A stretch of DNA of 64,000 nucleotides from Chloropicon primus (taxonomy: Eukaryota). Under the pieces are notes generated by a model, which saw only the letters and a program-made list of their open reading frames with translations, was not told the DNA's origin and did not search any database. Shown piece after piece: positions 11,590 to 23,747 of this stretch (the stretch's first letter is position 1; each line of letters opens with the position of its first letter). The DNA lies in assembly GCA_023205875.1 (NCBI GenBank), contig CP060758.1:124001-188000 (forward strand), read 5' to 3'. Both the position numbers and the translations under genes were made by a program.

Positions 11590-12702
11590 TTAAAACTTGA
11601 AGCCCACAGAGTTTCTGCAATCCATGAGGTCGTACAAATCCGCCCTCCTCTGTTTCGACAGCGGCATGTTCTGCCTCCGCTCCTGAACCTCTTTGAGGTC
11701 AATGTCCGCGTACACAATTCCCGGCTTCTCTTCCGTGGACGCGACAACTTCGGCGAAGGGCCCGATCACTTGAGAGTGCCCCCAAGCGGTGTACGATGCC
11801 GTCTCGTCCCTCGCAGGGGAGCAAGAGGCGACGTAGAGCTGGTTGTCCACCGCCCTCGCTTGCTGCAAGAGCTGCCAGTGCACGGGGCCCGTCACCATGT
11901 TGAATGCGCCGGGGTACACGATCATCTGGACCCCTCTGTTGGCATAAATCATGGCCATCTCCGGGAAGCGCATGTCGTAACAGATCCCGATGCCAAACTT
12001 TCCGTATCTCGTGTCCACCACAGTGAGGGCATCCCCACCCGTGAGCGTGTCCGACTCCTTGAAGGTAATCTTCCCAGGTATATCGATGTCGAAGAGGTGG
12101 CACTTGCGGTACTTGGCAACGACCTCGCCCTCAGGGCTGAAGACGCAGCACGTGTTGTAGAGCCTGTCCTTGAGCCTCTCTGGGATGGAGCCGCCTATGA
12201 TGTAGATGGACAGATCTTTCGCGAGCTCGGCCAGGGCTTTCGTCGAGGGCGAGTCCCCCGAGTCAAGCACCTCCGCGTACTTGGGGAAGCTGTCGTTGGA
12301 GTACGGACAGTTCCACATCTCAGGGAGGACGACCACGGCTGCACCGTTGCTCGCGGCCTCCTTCACCGCCTCGACTGCGTTTGCGATGTTCCCCTCCTTG
12401 TCCTCCGTCACCTTGAGCTGGCACAACGCGAGCTTGAAGGGCTCAGCCTCCACACCACTCGCCGCTGAAGACATCGCAGCTCTCAATCCCAACCCACCCC
12501 CTAGTCCCCTTCCCCTCCACTCCAAACACTTGATGCTTCCCAAACGCTTCGTCCAGGACGAGGAGACCGAGGCAGACCGAGGCACGTTTCCAATTCCAGC
12601 AAAGTTTTGAAGGACGAGACGTGGAGTCGTTCTCGGTGCCTTGGAGCTTAACAACCGCTGGCCCAGAATCCTCAAAGCGTTCTCGTTTCCCCTCACAAGC
12701 AT
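11590..12702 (-). CDS. NIT2: Omega-amidase (nitrilase family) with organellar presequence
   Basis: LPEMWNCPY, YRKCHLFDIDIPG, GICYDMRFPE (E-K-C triad). Start codon uncertain. Confidence 0.9.
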   Translation of the reverse strand: MLVRGNENALRILGQRLLSSKAPRTTPRLVLQNFAGIGNVPRSASVSSSWTKRLGSIKCLEWRGRGLGGGLGLRAAMSSAASGVEAEPFKLALCQLKVTEDKEGNIANAVEAVKEAASNGAAVVVLPEMWNCPYSNDSFPKYAEVLDSGDSPSTKALAELAKDLSIYIIGGSIPERLKDRLYNTCCVFSPEGEVVAKYRKCHLFDIDIPGKITFKESDTLTGGDALTVVDTRYGKFGIGICYDMRFPEMAMIYANRGVQMIVYPGAFNMVTGPVHWQLLQQARAVDNQLYVASCSPARDETASYTAWGHSQVIGPFAEVVASTEEKPGIVYADIDLKEVQERRQNMPLSKQRRADLYDLMDCRNSVGFKF

Positions 12703-13340
12703 GAGGGCTACGACCGACCGACGACAAGGGCGACGTCTCTGTCTCTGTCTCTGTCTCGTCTCTTCTCTGCGAATGAAAGCGGATGAGATGAAAGCGGAGG
12801 GATGGAGGAGGAGCGCATGGTCAGTGATATGGAGAGTGGATGCCGAGGAGGGGGGGGAGGGGGAGGTGTGGCATGGGTGGGTGGATAGCGTGTCTCTTGC
12901 TCTTTCCAAAGAGCCCTCGCTTGCAAGGAATGACGTGGAGGAAAGGCATTGATGGTGCTGGTGCTGGTGGATAGTGATAGTGGTGATGATAGGGGGTGGG
13001 GGTGGTGGATGGAGGGGAAGAGGGTTTGGAGGCGAGTCAAAGGTGGGACCACGACCTCTTCCCCTTCCCCTTTCTCTTCCTGTTTACAAAGAGCCAGCTC
13101 TCCCTCAAAGAAAGGGATGTTTTGGATGGATGGATGGCTTGAGGATTGTTGGTGGTTTATTGGAAAGCTTTTAGGAGCTTTAGTTGCGTGGCCCCAACTC
13201 ATGGATCCCGTTTTCACTCCGGCTTCAGCAGATGGACGAGTCTCGAGGTGCTGCATTCACCCCTCTCACCGCTCTCTATCGACGACGACGACGACGACGA
13301 CGACGTGCGTTGTGTGCTGCGTTGGTTTGCGCCGCCTCGA

Positions 13341-14225
13341 TCACGTTGTCTTCTTCTTCGTCGATCTCGTCTGGCCGGTGAGCTTCCAGTACATGACTTG
13401 GATGACCTTGAATGACCAGAAGAAGTTGAGGAGCACGAGGAGGGCCCATGCAATGACCAAGGCGGTTGTCCAGTGGCTTTGCCACATGACTGCCTTCCCT
13501 CTCCCCTCGCCGAGAACCTGCCAAACCGCGGGAGGCACCTGGACCTTGAGGTTCTGCTCGAGGCCAATCTCAATGGCGTCTCGCAGAGCTATCTTCACGA
13601 ACGGCATCTGGTTGTAGACCCTCGACACCACAAAGTTGATCGCGAAGGACAGGTTGACCGCGTTCGTGTTGTGCACGAGCCTGGCGTTGGCAAGGAAGTT
13701 CGAGCCCAACATGTAACAGATGGACCTCCACACGAAGAACCAGTACGAGACGTCAAGGTCTGGTATCTGGACCCAAGCGTAAGCAGTAGCGACGGAGAAG
13801 AACATGCAGAGCACGTGGTGGAACATGAAATCCTTCCTGAATCTTCCGTTGTACAAGTACACGAACTCCATGATGAAGGCGTACACCTCGTATCCCATGC
13901 ACATCCCAGCCTCAAACCCCGGAGAGACCAAGTACCTGCCATCGTACATCATCGAGACCCAGCTGGCGAAGAAGTACGTCCCCATCGCCATCATCGCAAA
14001 GGAACTCACTGTTTTCACGTCCTGCTTCGTGATGCGGCCGTACACATAGTGGGACCCAATGCCAAGCAAGGTGGCAAAGACAGCACCTTCAAAGAAGATG
14101 GCCAACTCCCTGTGCCTGTCTGCTGCCTCCGCTCGAGGATACTCACTGATGTGAAGGATCCTCCCGAACACCTCGTGCATGTTCACGTTCGACCTGTCAG
14201 CAACGTCCATCGTGAGCTCAAACAT
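13341..14225 (-). CDS. TLC (TRAM/LAG1/CLN8)-domain membrane protein
   Basis: Several hydrophobic segments; FHHV, SNFLANAR, FVVSR and LNFFWSFKV motifs. 5' end uncertain. Confidence 0.6.
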   Translation of the reverse strand: MFELTMDVADRSNVNMHEVFGRILHISEYPRAEAADRHRELAIFFEGAVFATLLGIGSHYVYGRITKQDVKTVSSFAMMAMGTYFFASWVSMMYDGRYLVSPGFEAGMCMGYEVYAFIMEFVYLYNGRFRKDFMFHHVLCMFFSVATAYAWVQIPDLDVSYWFFVWRSICYMLGSNFLANARLVHNTNAVNLSFAINFVVSRVYNQMPFVKIALRDAIEIGLEQNLKVQVPPAVWQVLGEGRGKAVMWQSHWTTALVIAWALLVLLNFFWSFKVIQVMYWKLTGQTRSTKKKTT

Positions 14226-14836
14226 CTTGTGCTGACACAAACTTTTCAGGATTGATTGTACCAATCAACCACTCACTCCTCGGATGCCTTTGCGAAGGAA
14301 ACCTTCAATGCGAGTTCCCAATCGTATGGAGTCAAGTGGATGGGAGCCGATACGAATCCCTTGCTGTGTGCTGCCTTCCCAGCTGCAATGGAACCGTCCC
14401 TCAGGTGGATAAGGGAAGCCCCTCGACCTCTTCCCTCCTCTCTCTCTCTCTCTCACACTTTATTCAAATCCTTACAGGGTGACAGACGAGGAGGGACCTA
14501 GGCCTAGGAGCAGGTAAGTGAACCGCCTTGTTGACGAAAGGTGGCATCTTTTGAACGACGGAGGTGACACGAGATGAAAGATCGTCTCGTTCTCTTTCCA
14601 AAGAGCCTTCGCTCGAAAGAAATGGCGTCTTCTCCAAGATGTTCTGACTGGAAACGCTTAGGTGCTTGCCTGCTGGTACAAGACGCAGAGAGCTCAGAAT
14701 AGGGTCTGTCTGCACCGAGGTCCGGAGAGCGGCGGTCGCCCCCGGCAGCGATGCCTGAGAGTGTCGATCGATTGAAGTTGCTTTCCTTGGTTGTTTCACG
14801 CAGGCCGGGTTTCCTTTCGGCAAGAGGTAGAAGAAC

Positions 14837-16786
14837 ATGACCGACAACAAGCTGTTGGTCTGGGACACAACTCGGTCAGCTTACAAGCTCACAGAGGCAG
14901 GGAACGATGCCATCGTTAGGATAGAGGACGCCATCCATCGTCACAAGCAAGAGGATCTCTTGCGAAAGCTCCGGGGCAAGGTATCGTCGGGTGACAAGCC
15001 AAGGAGGGACCTGGAGAGCGATGAGGAAGTGGCTCCCCACCTGGTCAGGCTCTTCTTCAACCTGGTGGCAGACGCGAAGAGTGTGAGATCCACGCTTGGG
15101 GAGGTGAAGCAGAACCTTGAGTGCGGTGGAGTGACGCTAGAGGAGAACTTGAACAAGGTCCTGTACTGCATTCGGGTCTCGAACGAGATAGGCAGGCTCT
15201 ACTCGCGCCTGTGTGGCCTCTTTGAGGGCAACCTGGAAACCAGCAAGAACCAGCAGAAAGTTCTTCTGGAGGCCGTGATGGGCGAGAACGAGGAGGAGTT
15301 CTCTAGCGTGGCAGAGCTGTCTGAGAAGATGGTACTCAGCTGCCTTCCGGGTGGCGATTTCGCAGGAAAGCTGCTTTGCATCCTGTACGTTGTCAGTTGT
15401 AGACAAAGCAGTCCCGTTTCACCGCGTCCTCGGCCGCAAGCTTGCAAGGGGATCAAGGACGTGATGGACCGTTACGTGAATCAAAGAGCCAATGACCTTG
15501 TGGAGAGGCTGGAGAGGGATCCCTCTGTGGCCGCATTCGTGCAGGAGCAATACGCGGAGCACACGTCGCTGAAGTTTCTCTTCGACTTCAAGCTGAAGGG
15601 GCACGAAGTAGCTTGGCCAACAGAGGCAGGGACAACGACCCATTCCGTCGGCCAGGTGATATACCACTCCGTCATGGATGCCACCGTCGAGCTTTCTCGG
15701 AAAGGCCAGGGCGCCTTGCCCGCCCTGGTCTGGTCTCACGTTAAAGTGTGCGGCGGGGAGGAGGGGGACCAGGACATGAAGGTTCTCCTCCCGGAAAACG
15801 GAAGCGAGGGCCCTCCCGAGGGGGCTGATGGGGATTTCGACGACGGTCTGAAGCTTCTGAAAGCGGGTCTGGACATGAGTGGTGTGCGAGCAAGGCAGCC
15901 ACTGAAAGTGGATGAGGTGGTGGTTGCCACGGCGCTTGGGAACGCGGTGGATGCGACCAGTGGGGGGGAGTGGGTGAAGCCGAGGCCTGGCTTGCTCTCT
16001 CTCGCTTCCGTCTTCGTTCAAGGCTTGAAGAATTTCAGCAACGGGGTCAACGTGGCTGTCCTCGGGTTCCCTCACTCCACGTCCATGAAGGACCTGTTCG
16101 TCCTCCACAGCAAATCGATGCACCTTTCGGAAAGCGCGGAGACGGTGGCTAAAACGATTCAGAATCTTGCGCAGGCGCAGGAGATCGTGCTGGACGAGGG
16201 CAAGGGCACCAAGGCCTTTGTCGACAGGAGAACGGTTTCGCTGGAGGATGCGACGAGGGACATCAAGTCGGTTCGCAAGGCTCTGATGCTTGTGATCGCA
16301 AAGCTCTCGGACCTTCTGATGGGGGAAATCAAGACGGCCGCGGAGAATTTATTCACTCGGAGGGAGGAGTCCAACCAAGACCTCTTCGAGAATGTGGACC
16401 TGATCTGCAAGACCATGCTGAAGCCAATCTTCGAGACGCTCCAAGTCGCGCACCCAGTGACTCGGGCAAAGTTTTCCTTGCATGGAGTGGTCGCCGTCAT
16501 TCACGGGGTGCTCATGGCGCTGAAGAAGGACAAGAAGACCCCGGACGGAAGTCAGCGGCTTGCGGCTGGATTGAAAAAATCTTTGGATCTCATCGACTCG
16601 TGCATGGACGACGGCCCGGGATCCCCGAGACTCACCGACATGGTCCAGGGCGACAGCAACTACCACCTGTACGAATCATCCGTGATGAGATCGCAACTCG
16701 TGCTGAAAGTATTGAATGACTCGCCGGAAGCTTTGGACGCGAGAGGCCTGTTGCCGGACATCGAAGAATGGAGCCTGAGGAAGTGA
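14837..16786 (+). CDS. Hypothetical, largely alpha-helical protein (649 aa)
   Basis: Long ORF with coding-like codon bias; no family recognised. Confidence 0.7.
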   Translation: MTDNKLLVWDTTRSAYKLTEAGNDAIVRIEDAIHRHKQEDLLRKLRGKVSSGDKPRRDLESDEEVAPHLVRLFFNLVADAKSVRSTLGEVKQNLECGGVTLEENLNKVLYCIRVSNEIGRLYSRLCGLFEGNLETSKNQQKVLLEAVMGENEEEFSSVAELSEKMVLSCLPGGDFAGKLLCILYVVSCRQSSPVSPRPRPQACKGIKDVMDRYVNQRANDLVERLERDPSVAAFVQEQYAEHTSLKFLFDFKLKGHEVAWPTEAGTTTHSVGQVIYHSVMDATVELSRKGQGALPALVWSHVKVCGGEEGDQDMKVLLPENGSEGPPEGADGDFDDGLKLLKAGLDMSGVRARQPLKVDEVVVATALGNAVDATSGGEWVKPRPGLLSLASVFVQGLKNFSNGVNVAVLGFPHSTSMKDLFVLHSKSMHLSESAETVAKTIQNLAQAQEIVLDEGKGTKAFVDRRTVSLEDATRDIKSVRKALMLVIAKLSDLLMGEIKTAAENLFTRREESNQDLFENVDLICKTMLKPIFETLQVAHPVTRAKFSLHGVVAVIHGVLMALKKDKKTPDGSQRLAAGLKKSLDLIDSCMDDGPGSPRLTDMVQGDSNYHLYESSVMRSQLVLKVLNDSPEALDARGLLPDIEEWSLRK

Positions 16787-16892
16787 AGCGATGGAGCGAA
16801 GAAGGCAGGCGAGTCGTTGTAAAAACAGGGTCATAGTGTGGTGGTGATGTACAACATGGAATTCGATGGGTAACCATCCTATTCTACAAGCC

Positions 16893-17779
16893 TCAGAACT
16901 CATGGGCCTTCCTCCTCTTCTGTTCGACCTTCCCAAAGGACGTGGGCAAATCAGCCCGCCTCACCGCGCCCATGCTCCCATCGTCGTAGCGCTGCAGACC
17001 CACGGCCTCGTCAATAATCCTCTGCTTGGCTTTTTCTATCTCCTCTATGTTCTTCAGCTTTGTTTCCAAAGGGACGGGCACTTCGGCAATCCCGCCGCTC
17101 CAGTTGGTATCCTCGTAAGTCAACTGTGCAGCGCAAGGGGAAACGCAAAAGGGGTCAGTCGCGGGGAAGTTTGATGATGATGATGAGATGAGTTGAGTCA
17201 CCTCGTTGAACAACACTCACTTTGGCCCTGTGCTCTGCATTAGCTGCTGCGAGCCTATCGCTTGCGTCGTCCTCCTCGCGCTTCTCCGGTACCGCTGCAG
17301 TCCTGCTGGAGATCCTCTCCTCGACGTACTTTTTCATTCGCTCCTCCTCGTTGCTCTCCTTCTTGGCTCCCCTGTCCTCCGTCGCGAACGCCTGCAAGCC
17401 ATACTTGCTCGCGTCCTCCTCCACTTCAGTGGTCTTCTCCTCCGCTTTCTCTTCCAAAGGTTTTCCTTGCCCGAGAGCGGAGTCCTTCGGAGTGATCCCT
17501 TTGGTCTTCTTCCTCACCGCCTGCAGCGACTGAACCTTCTCCAGTGACGCCAAGCACCTAGCAGTCGATCACCACTCACTCGTCAGCAAGACCAGCACCA
17601 GCGCCATCGAGAGACAGAGACAACGGATGGATGCTTTGCCATTGGGGAAAGGGTGTGCGAAAGAGTTCGATGCTTCGTACTTACACGTCTTCGACGGCTC
17701 CATCGTCTTCCTTGGAAGATGCTCTGGATTTTCTCAACCCAGGCCTAGAGCGTTTTCGCTTCCCCTGCTGGTCCGCCAT
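16893..17779 (-). CDS. C9orf78/HCA59/Tls1-like splicing factor, three exons
   Basis: EEERMKKYVEERI and TNWSGGIAEVPVPLETKLKNIEEIEKAKQR motifs; GT-AG introns at 17558-17684 and roughly 17130-17220. Confidence 0.75.
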
Positions 17780-17989
17780 CACGGGAGCTGCTGCTTCTCT
17801 GATCATCAGGCGGCAAGGTGATGGAGTTTGAGTTTTGGGGACGATGGAAAAGGGCAAGGGGAAGAGGGGAAGGGAGATCAGTACAAAAGGAAGGACTTGC
17901 TTGCTCTCTCAAGCTTTTGATGGATCAAGAAATGAATGGATCGGACGTTTGATTGCTTTGTAACGTACAAAAAACAAGGAATTTCTTTT

Positions 17990-19678
17990 TCACTTCTTCG
18001 AGGAATTGGGCAGCATCATGCCATAGCCCGGCCTCTCCAAGTCCTTTGCGTAGTCTGGCATGAGGGCATCCCTCTGGAACAGGAGGACAGACTTGGGCGC
18101 CCAAGCTCTGATTTCACACTGACCGGAGACGCCTACTGAGACCCAACCGAGACCAGCGATAGCGATGTCCTCGGAACTCCGTTTCCAGTGGTTCCCCTGA
18201 ACTAGAAAATCCGAGGACACGAGCTGAGGCATGGAAAGCTCGGGGTCCAGTGGGGGGACTAGTGATTTGCCCACGGCTTGCTGCTGCTTCGCCTCCGCAT
18301 TCTCACTCTTCCCAAAGTGTGTGGTGACCTCATCGGAGCACCACAGAGTGATGTAGACCGAGTTGCCGGGAGCCGAGATGAGATCCACGCGGGCAAGACC
18401 CCCGATGCAGATGGAGTAGCCCACTTGGCAACGGAAAGTCCTGGGCTTGAGCTTTCTCTTTGGCAGAAGCATCGAAATTTCCTCGTAGGACAGGGGGCTG
18501 AAGGTGGAGGTGAACTGGTACTTGTGGAGGATGCCCGGGGTGTCAAAAGCCTTGCACCTCGAGCCGGAGAGCAAATTCTCCAAGCGAACGAACCCTATTG
18601 TCGTCCCTGGGAGGGAGGCCTCCGTGAGCTGCGGCACGGGGCCGCCTCCGCCCCTCTTCCCCTTCTTGAAGGACGCCGGCTTCTCCGTTGCGCCTCCCCC
18701 CGAGGCACTGTAACGCCTGAGCGCGTTGATGAGAGAGCTCTTGCCCGCATTTTGGGCCCCGAATACCCACAAGTGGCCATACTGGCCGATTTTTCTCTGC
18801 AATGTCGCAGCCAAGTCTGGGATGCCTTTGCCAGCGGCGGCACTGACCAGTTTGACGGAAACGTCTTCGGGGAGATCCAGCGAAGCGATCTGCCTCTTCG
18901 CCCACGTCCTGAGCCTCTGGTCGCTCGCTATCTTTGGCAGAAGGTCGAGCTTATTGAGCGCAAGGATGACGCTCACGTTCTTCTCCCTGATTTGAGGGTC
19001 CGAGAAGATCCTGTTCAGGGTCTGGTGCGGTATGGACCCGTCAAAATCGGTGATATCCACCACACAAAGCAGCACTTGCCTGATGCCCTTGATGTTCGCA
19101 ATCCTGGTGCACAGCTTAGAGGCCACGTCGAAGGAGGGTAGCTGGTCCTCTATCTCGGGGTTCTTCACTTTCCCGTAATTCCTCAGAGAGAAGCACCTGG
19201 CGCAGAACACGAGGGGCTCCGGCTCGGGTTCAACGACAACCGCTCCAGTCGCGTCTTCCCCCTCTCGCGAGGCGATTCTCGGGTCCCGCTCCTCGCTCTT
19301 CCTCCCCGCTGGCTTCTGGTAAAACCCTGGCGCCTCTTTCGATTTATCTTGCAGCTTTATGCCGCAGCCAGGGCAGTAAGACGTCTTGGTCTCCCCCGCC
19401 TCTTCCCTCTCGCTCTCCAAGGCCCCCCCCGGCAAGGCCGCTGCGCGGAACTCTCTCCCCCTCCTGGCAAAGCCTGAACGGCACGGACCCAGAGGAGCCA
19501 GCCCCATGACTTTCGGACCGCCCCTCGCACCCCTTCGCTCGGTGGCGCCGTGGTGCCCTCCCGAAGCGGCCCCGGCGCCACCGAAGCACGTCGTGGTGGA
19601 TGCCCTGGGCGAGGGTCCTCGCTGGTAATAGGCCCGGGCGCTCAGAGTTGAGCTCACAGGAGCAGAGGGCACTCTCAT
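17990..19678 (-). CDS. Circularly permuted YqeH/NOA1-family GTPase, plastid (BPG2-like)
   Basis: CPGCG...CARC zinc motif, NKLD (G4), GAQNAGKS (G1), PGTT (G2), DTPG (G3); transit-peptide-like N-terminus. Confidence 0.9.
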   Translation of the reverse strand: MRVPSAPVSSTLSARAYYQRGPSPRASTTTCFGGAGAASGGHHGATERRGARGGPKVMGLAPLGPCRSGFARRGREFRAAALPGGALESEREEAGETKTSYCPGCGIKLQDKSKEAPGFYQKPAGRKSEERDPRIASREGEDATGAVVVEPEPEPLVFCARCFSLRNYGKVKNPEIEDQLPSFDVASKLCTRIANIKGIRQVLLCVVDITDFDGSIPHQTLNRIFSDPQIREKNVSVILALNKLDLLPKIASDQRLRTWAKRQIASLDLPEDVSVKLVSAAAGKGIPDLAATLQRKIGQYGHLWVFGAQNAGKSSLINALRRYSASGGGATEKPASFKKGKRGGGGPVPQLTEASLPGTTIGFVRLENLLSGSRCKAFDTPGILHKYQFTSTFSPLSYEEISMLLPKRKLKPRTFRCQVGYSICIGGLARVDLISAPGNSVYITLWCSDEVTTHFGKSENAEAKQQQAVGKSLVPPLDPELSMPQLVSSDFLVQGNHWKRSSEDIAIAGLGWVSVGVSGQCEIRAWAPKSVLLFQRDALMPDYAKDLERPGYGMMLPNSSKK

Positions 19679-20193
19679 GGTCGGAAAGTGAATCCGCGGT
19701 GCGCATGAAAAGCACGACGCCGTGGCTCCTGGCGCCCTCCCGGCCTGTCTCAACGTCCAAAACATAAAGCAACAATTTCGGCCACCGGGAACCACAACCT
19801 TATCTCAATCGATAGACGCTTTTCCCTCTCCCTCGCAATCCCCTCCGTCAATCCAGAGGCCTGCGGATGAGATCGAGCCACACCGTAACGCCCTCTTTTT
19901 CCCTCTTCCTCCACCGTCCCTCTGCAGCAACGTGCCCCCCTCTCTCCCTCTCCCTCTCTGCAGACCTTTCGCCTTGCTTCGCTACGCTACGCGTCCGGTC
20001 AGTTCTCCGTCAATGCCTCCGTACCGGTTGGAATCCTTCGAGCGAGGGCTCTTTCGAAGCAGCAAGAGATGCCTCTTCGTCCTGTCACGGTCTCCCTCCC
20101 CCCTCGTCTCCCTCCCTCCCGCCACCTGGACGCTTCCCTCTGCCTTCACCCCTGAGGAGAGAGCCGAGTGGCGATCAGTCGAGAGAGAGGACG

Positions 20194-22326
20194 ATGGCGG
20201 AGCAGTTGAAGGTGGTCGGGGGAGGGGAGAGAGGAGGGGAGGGGGGAGGGGAGAACTTGATGGAGATAACTCCCCTGGGTGCTGGACAGGAGGTGGGAAG
20301 GTCGTGCCTCGTTCTCAAGTACAAGGGGAAGAACATTATGTTCGATTGTGGTGTGCATCCGGCGTACTCGGGTCTGGTGGCTCTGCCTTACTTCGACAAC
20401 GTGGATCCGTCTGAGATCGATTTGCTTCTGGTGACGCACTTTCACATCGACCACAGCGCGGCGCTTCCTTACTTTTTGTTCAAGACGAACTTCAAGGGGA
20501 GGGTGTTCATGACGCACAGCACGAAAGCCATCTATAGGCTGATGCTGGCGGACTTCGCGAGGGTGGGGAAGGCGGCCACCGAGGAGCAGATCTTCGATGA
20601 GAACGACCTGCAGAGGAGCATGGAGAGGATAGAGGTGCTGGATTACCATCAGGAGGTGGAAGCGTGCGGGGTGAGGTTCTGGAGCTACGCTGCCGGCCAC
20701 GTGCTTGGGGCGGCCATGTTCATGGTGGACATAGCCGGCGTCAAGTTCCTGTACACGGGGGACTACAGCAGGGAGGAGGACAGGCATCTCAAGGGGGCTG
20801 AGATACCGAGCATACCGCCGGATATCATCTGCGTGGAATCGACGTACGGGGTGCAGACGCACCTTCCCTTGTACGAGAGGGAGAAGCTTTACACGGAGGT
20901 CATTGCCAGGTCGCTGCAGAGGGGTGGAAGGGTGTTGTGCCCCGTCTTCGCGCTCGGGAGGACGCAGGAGCTCCTGCTCCTGCTGGAGGAGTACTGGGCG
21001 AGCAACCCGGAGCTGCACAGGTACCCGATCTACTATGCTTCCCCCCTGGCGAAAAGGTGCATGTCCGTGTACCAGACTTATATTAATCAGATGAACGACA
21101 AGATCAAGAACAAGGTCGCTCAAGGGAACCCGTTCGACTTCAAGTACATCCAGAACCTGGCCGGGATATCTGACTTCGACGACACAGGGCCTTGCGTTGT
21201 GTTTGCCAGCCCTGGCATGCTTCAGAGCGGCCTGTCCAGGCAGCTCTTCGACAGGTGGTGTCAAAACTCGAAAAACGCTTTGGTCATTCCCGGGTATTGC
21301 CCCGAGGGAACCCTGGCGAAGCACGTGCTGACGGAGCCCAAGGAAGTCCAGCTCCTCAGCGGTCAGGTTGTGCCTCTGAAGATGTCCGTGCACTACATTT
21401 CCTTCTCGGCGCACGCGGACTACACGCAAACGTCGGAGTTCCTGTCGACCCTGAATCCCGCGAAGATCGTCCTGGTCCACGGGGAAGCGAACGAGATGGG
21501 GAGGATGAAGTCCGCGCTGCAGCGGAGGTTCGAAAACGAGGGAAAGTCGATCGAAATTTTCAACCCAAAGAACTGCCAGACTGTATCGATGGAGTTCAAG
21601 GTGGACAAGCACGTGAGGGCGGTGGGCAAACTTGCGGACAGGATCGAAATGAAGAAGGGCCAGGAAGTGAGCGGCCTGCTCGTGCAAAAGGGGTTCAAGC
21701 ACACGCTGCTGGAGCCGGAGGACCTCCAGACGTACACCCAGCTCTCTGCAGGCACGGTGCTTCAGAAGCAGACTATACCTGTACAAATACCGTTCTTGGC
21801 CCTCAAGGACCAAATGGCGTCCATCTTCTCAAAAGTGAAGCTGGAGCAGAGGAAGGGGAAGGAGGTCATATGCATCGAGCCCGGCGTTGAGCTCCACAGC
21901 CAGGAAGACAGCATGGCCGTGCTGCAGTGGAAGTCGGACCCCATCACCGACACGATTGCGGACTCCATCGTGGCGGTCCTGATGCAGCTTCAGATGAAGC
22001 CAGGCGTCAAGAAGGCTTCCAACGGCGTGCCGTACCGGGTGATGAAGTCCCTGGCGCGAGATCAGGGGGAGGTGGACACGAAGACGGGGGAAAAGTTGTT
22101 CAACCCCGAGGCCACCCTCATAGACGAGGTTCTCGAGTCCATCTTTGGGAAGGTGGAAGTCGACAGCTCGCAGAAGGCCTGGATTGTAAATGTAGGAGAC
22201 GTGAGAGCCACGATCGACATGCAGACGCACAGAGTCGACTGCAAGGACGAGAGAGTGGAGTCGCAAATCAGGGTAGCAATCAAGCGCATCGTGCAGGCTC
22301 TCTACCCCATCGACTGCGGCTGCTGA
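20194..22326 (+). CDS. CPSF3: Cleavage and polyadenylation specificity factor 73-kDa endonuclease
   Basis: PLGAGQEVGRSC, THFHIDH, AGHVLGAAMF, YTGDYSREEDRHL, SFSAHAD (MBL/beta-CASP). Confidence 0.97.
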   Translation: MAEQLKVVGGGERGGEGGGENLMEITPLGAGQEVGRSCLVLKYKGKNIMFDCGVHPAYSGLVALPYFDNVDPSEIDLLLVTHFHIDHSAALPYFLFKTNFKGRVFMTHSTKAIYRLMLADFARVGKAATEEQIFDENDLQRSMERIEVLDYHQEVEACGVRFWSYAAGHVLGAAMFMVDIAGVKFLYTGDYSREEDRHLKGAEIPSIPPDIICVESTYGVQTHLPLYEREKLYTEVIARSLQRGGRVLCPVFALGRTQELLLLLEEYWASNPELHRYPIYYASPLAKRCMSVYQTYINQMNDKIKNKVAQGNPFDFKYIQNLAGISDFDDTGPCVVFASPGMLQSGLSRQLFDRWCQNSKNALVIPGYCPEGTLAKHVLTEPKEVQLLSGQVVPLKMSVHYISFSAHADYTQTSEFLSTLNPAKIVLVHGEANEMGRMKSALQRRFENEGKSIEIFNPKNCQTVSMEFKVDKHVRAVGKLADRIEMKKGQEVSGLLVQKGFKHTLLEPEDLQTYTQLSAGTVLQKQTIPVQIPFLALKDQMASIFSKVKLEQRKGKEVICIEPGVELHSQEDSMAVLQWKSDPITDTIADSIVAVLMQLQMKPGVKKASNGVPYRVMKSLARDQGEVDTKTGEKLFNPEATLIDEVLESIFGKVEVDSSQKAWIVNVGDVRATIDMQTHRVDCKDERVESQIRVAIKRIVQALYPIDCGC

Positions 22327-22534
22327 GGGCGGCGTGCAAAGAGTAAGAGTAATATTGAAGCAAACGCGTCCCTAATATATCAAATAAGTGTATGAAAGTT
22401 GCGTATCGCGTGCGTGGGGCACCCCCTATAACTCGCATTGCTGAACATGCGCCCTGGTTTGTGGCGGGGCTCCTCTCTCTTGGAGATTCCTAGAGTCAAC
22501 TTTCACGCGGCCGCGTCGTCGCTTCCCAGTTCAC

Positions 22535-23227
22535 TCAGTTAAGCTCCTTGATCCAAGGGGTCATCGTTGGCTCCCACTCCACGGCTTCCTCACTTCCGAA
22601 CCACAGGGCGATCTCCCTCGCACCGTTCTCGATGCTGTCGCTTCCGTGGACCAGGTTCCTCCCCACCTCCACGCCGAAATCGCCTCGGATGGTGCCCGGG
22701 GCGGCGTCGGTGGGGTTGGTCACTCCGATGAGGTTCCTTCCGGCCTTCACGACGTCCGTCCCCTCCCAGATCATGCACACCACCGGCCCGGAGCAGATGT
22801 ACTCCACCAAATTCGGGAAGAACGGCTTGCCGGCGAGGTCCTTGTAGTGCTCCTCGGCCTTGGCCTTGTCGCAGATGCACATCTGGAGACCCTTGAGGGT
22901 GTACCCCTTCCTCTCGAAGCGAGATATGATCTCCCCGACCAGGCCGCGCTGCACGCCGTCCGGCTTGACCATAATGTACGTGGACTCGGCGTGAGCCTGG
23001 AGTCGGAGCCTCTTCCCCTCGGCGAACCTCCTTCCCACGCTCGCCACCCCCCTCCTCACCTCCACGCTCGCTGCGTTCAACCTAGAGGCCACATTCCCCC
23101 TCCTTCCGTTCTGGTTCGCCCTCCCTGGCCTCACACTCGCGTGCTGTGCCCCTCCGACACCCCTCGACACCCCCGCCACAACCCTAGCCCTCCCTCCTCT
23201 CGTCACCATCACAGCAGCAGCAGCCAT
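22535..23227 (-). CDS. NDK: Nucleoside diphosphate kinase, organellar
   Basis: [19 protein letters not shown]...PGTIRGDF...[10 protein letters not shown]-terminal transit peptide. Confidence 0.95.
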   Translation of the reverse strand: MAAAAVMVTRGGRARVVAGVSRGVGGAQHASVRPGRANQNGRRGNVASRLNAASVEVRRGVASVGRRFAEGKRLRLQAHAESTYIMVKPDGVQRGLVGEIISRFERKGYTLKGLQMCICDKAKAEEHYKDLAGKPFFPNLVEYICSGPVVCMIWEGTDVVKAGRNLIGVTNPTDAAPGTIRGDFGVEVGRNLVHGSDSIENGAREIALWFGSEEAVEWEPTMTPWIKELN

Positions 23228-23747
23228 CTTACACGATATCGATTGCACACAACCACAGAAAGAAAGAAAAACACAAACTTATCGAACCCCGGTATCAATG
23301 AAAAGCTCGAGAGACGTACTCTGCGATGATACCAACGCCAAACGCCCTCTCCCTCTCTCCCCTGCAACTCAACAAAGCTAATGCACAACACACACCGGCC
23401 GTCCTCTCTCTCTCTCTCTCTCTCTCAGCCCCTAGTTCGCGATAAGGTTCGCGCATTGGCACATTTCCCATTAAATGGTAAAGTAATGGTACACTCAAAA
23501 CATGACTCAAGAGAAAAAAGCATTGTCGTGTCGGCTGCTGGGGACCAGGAAAGTTGGTCGTCTAACTTGAATCGCGTCTTGGTCCCAAGGGGGGAAGTTT
23601 GAAGTGTGGACGAGGACGTAGAACGATAGTACGTTTCGAGATCTTTCGATCGATACCTTGGGTTGACTCGTTTGGTCCCAATTTAGGGGAGGACTCCTTC
23701 CTCCAACCTCCATCCTCCATCCTCCAGCGTATCCAGCATAGAGTGTC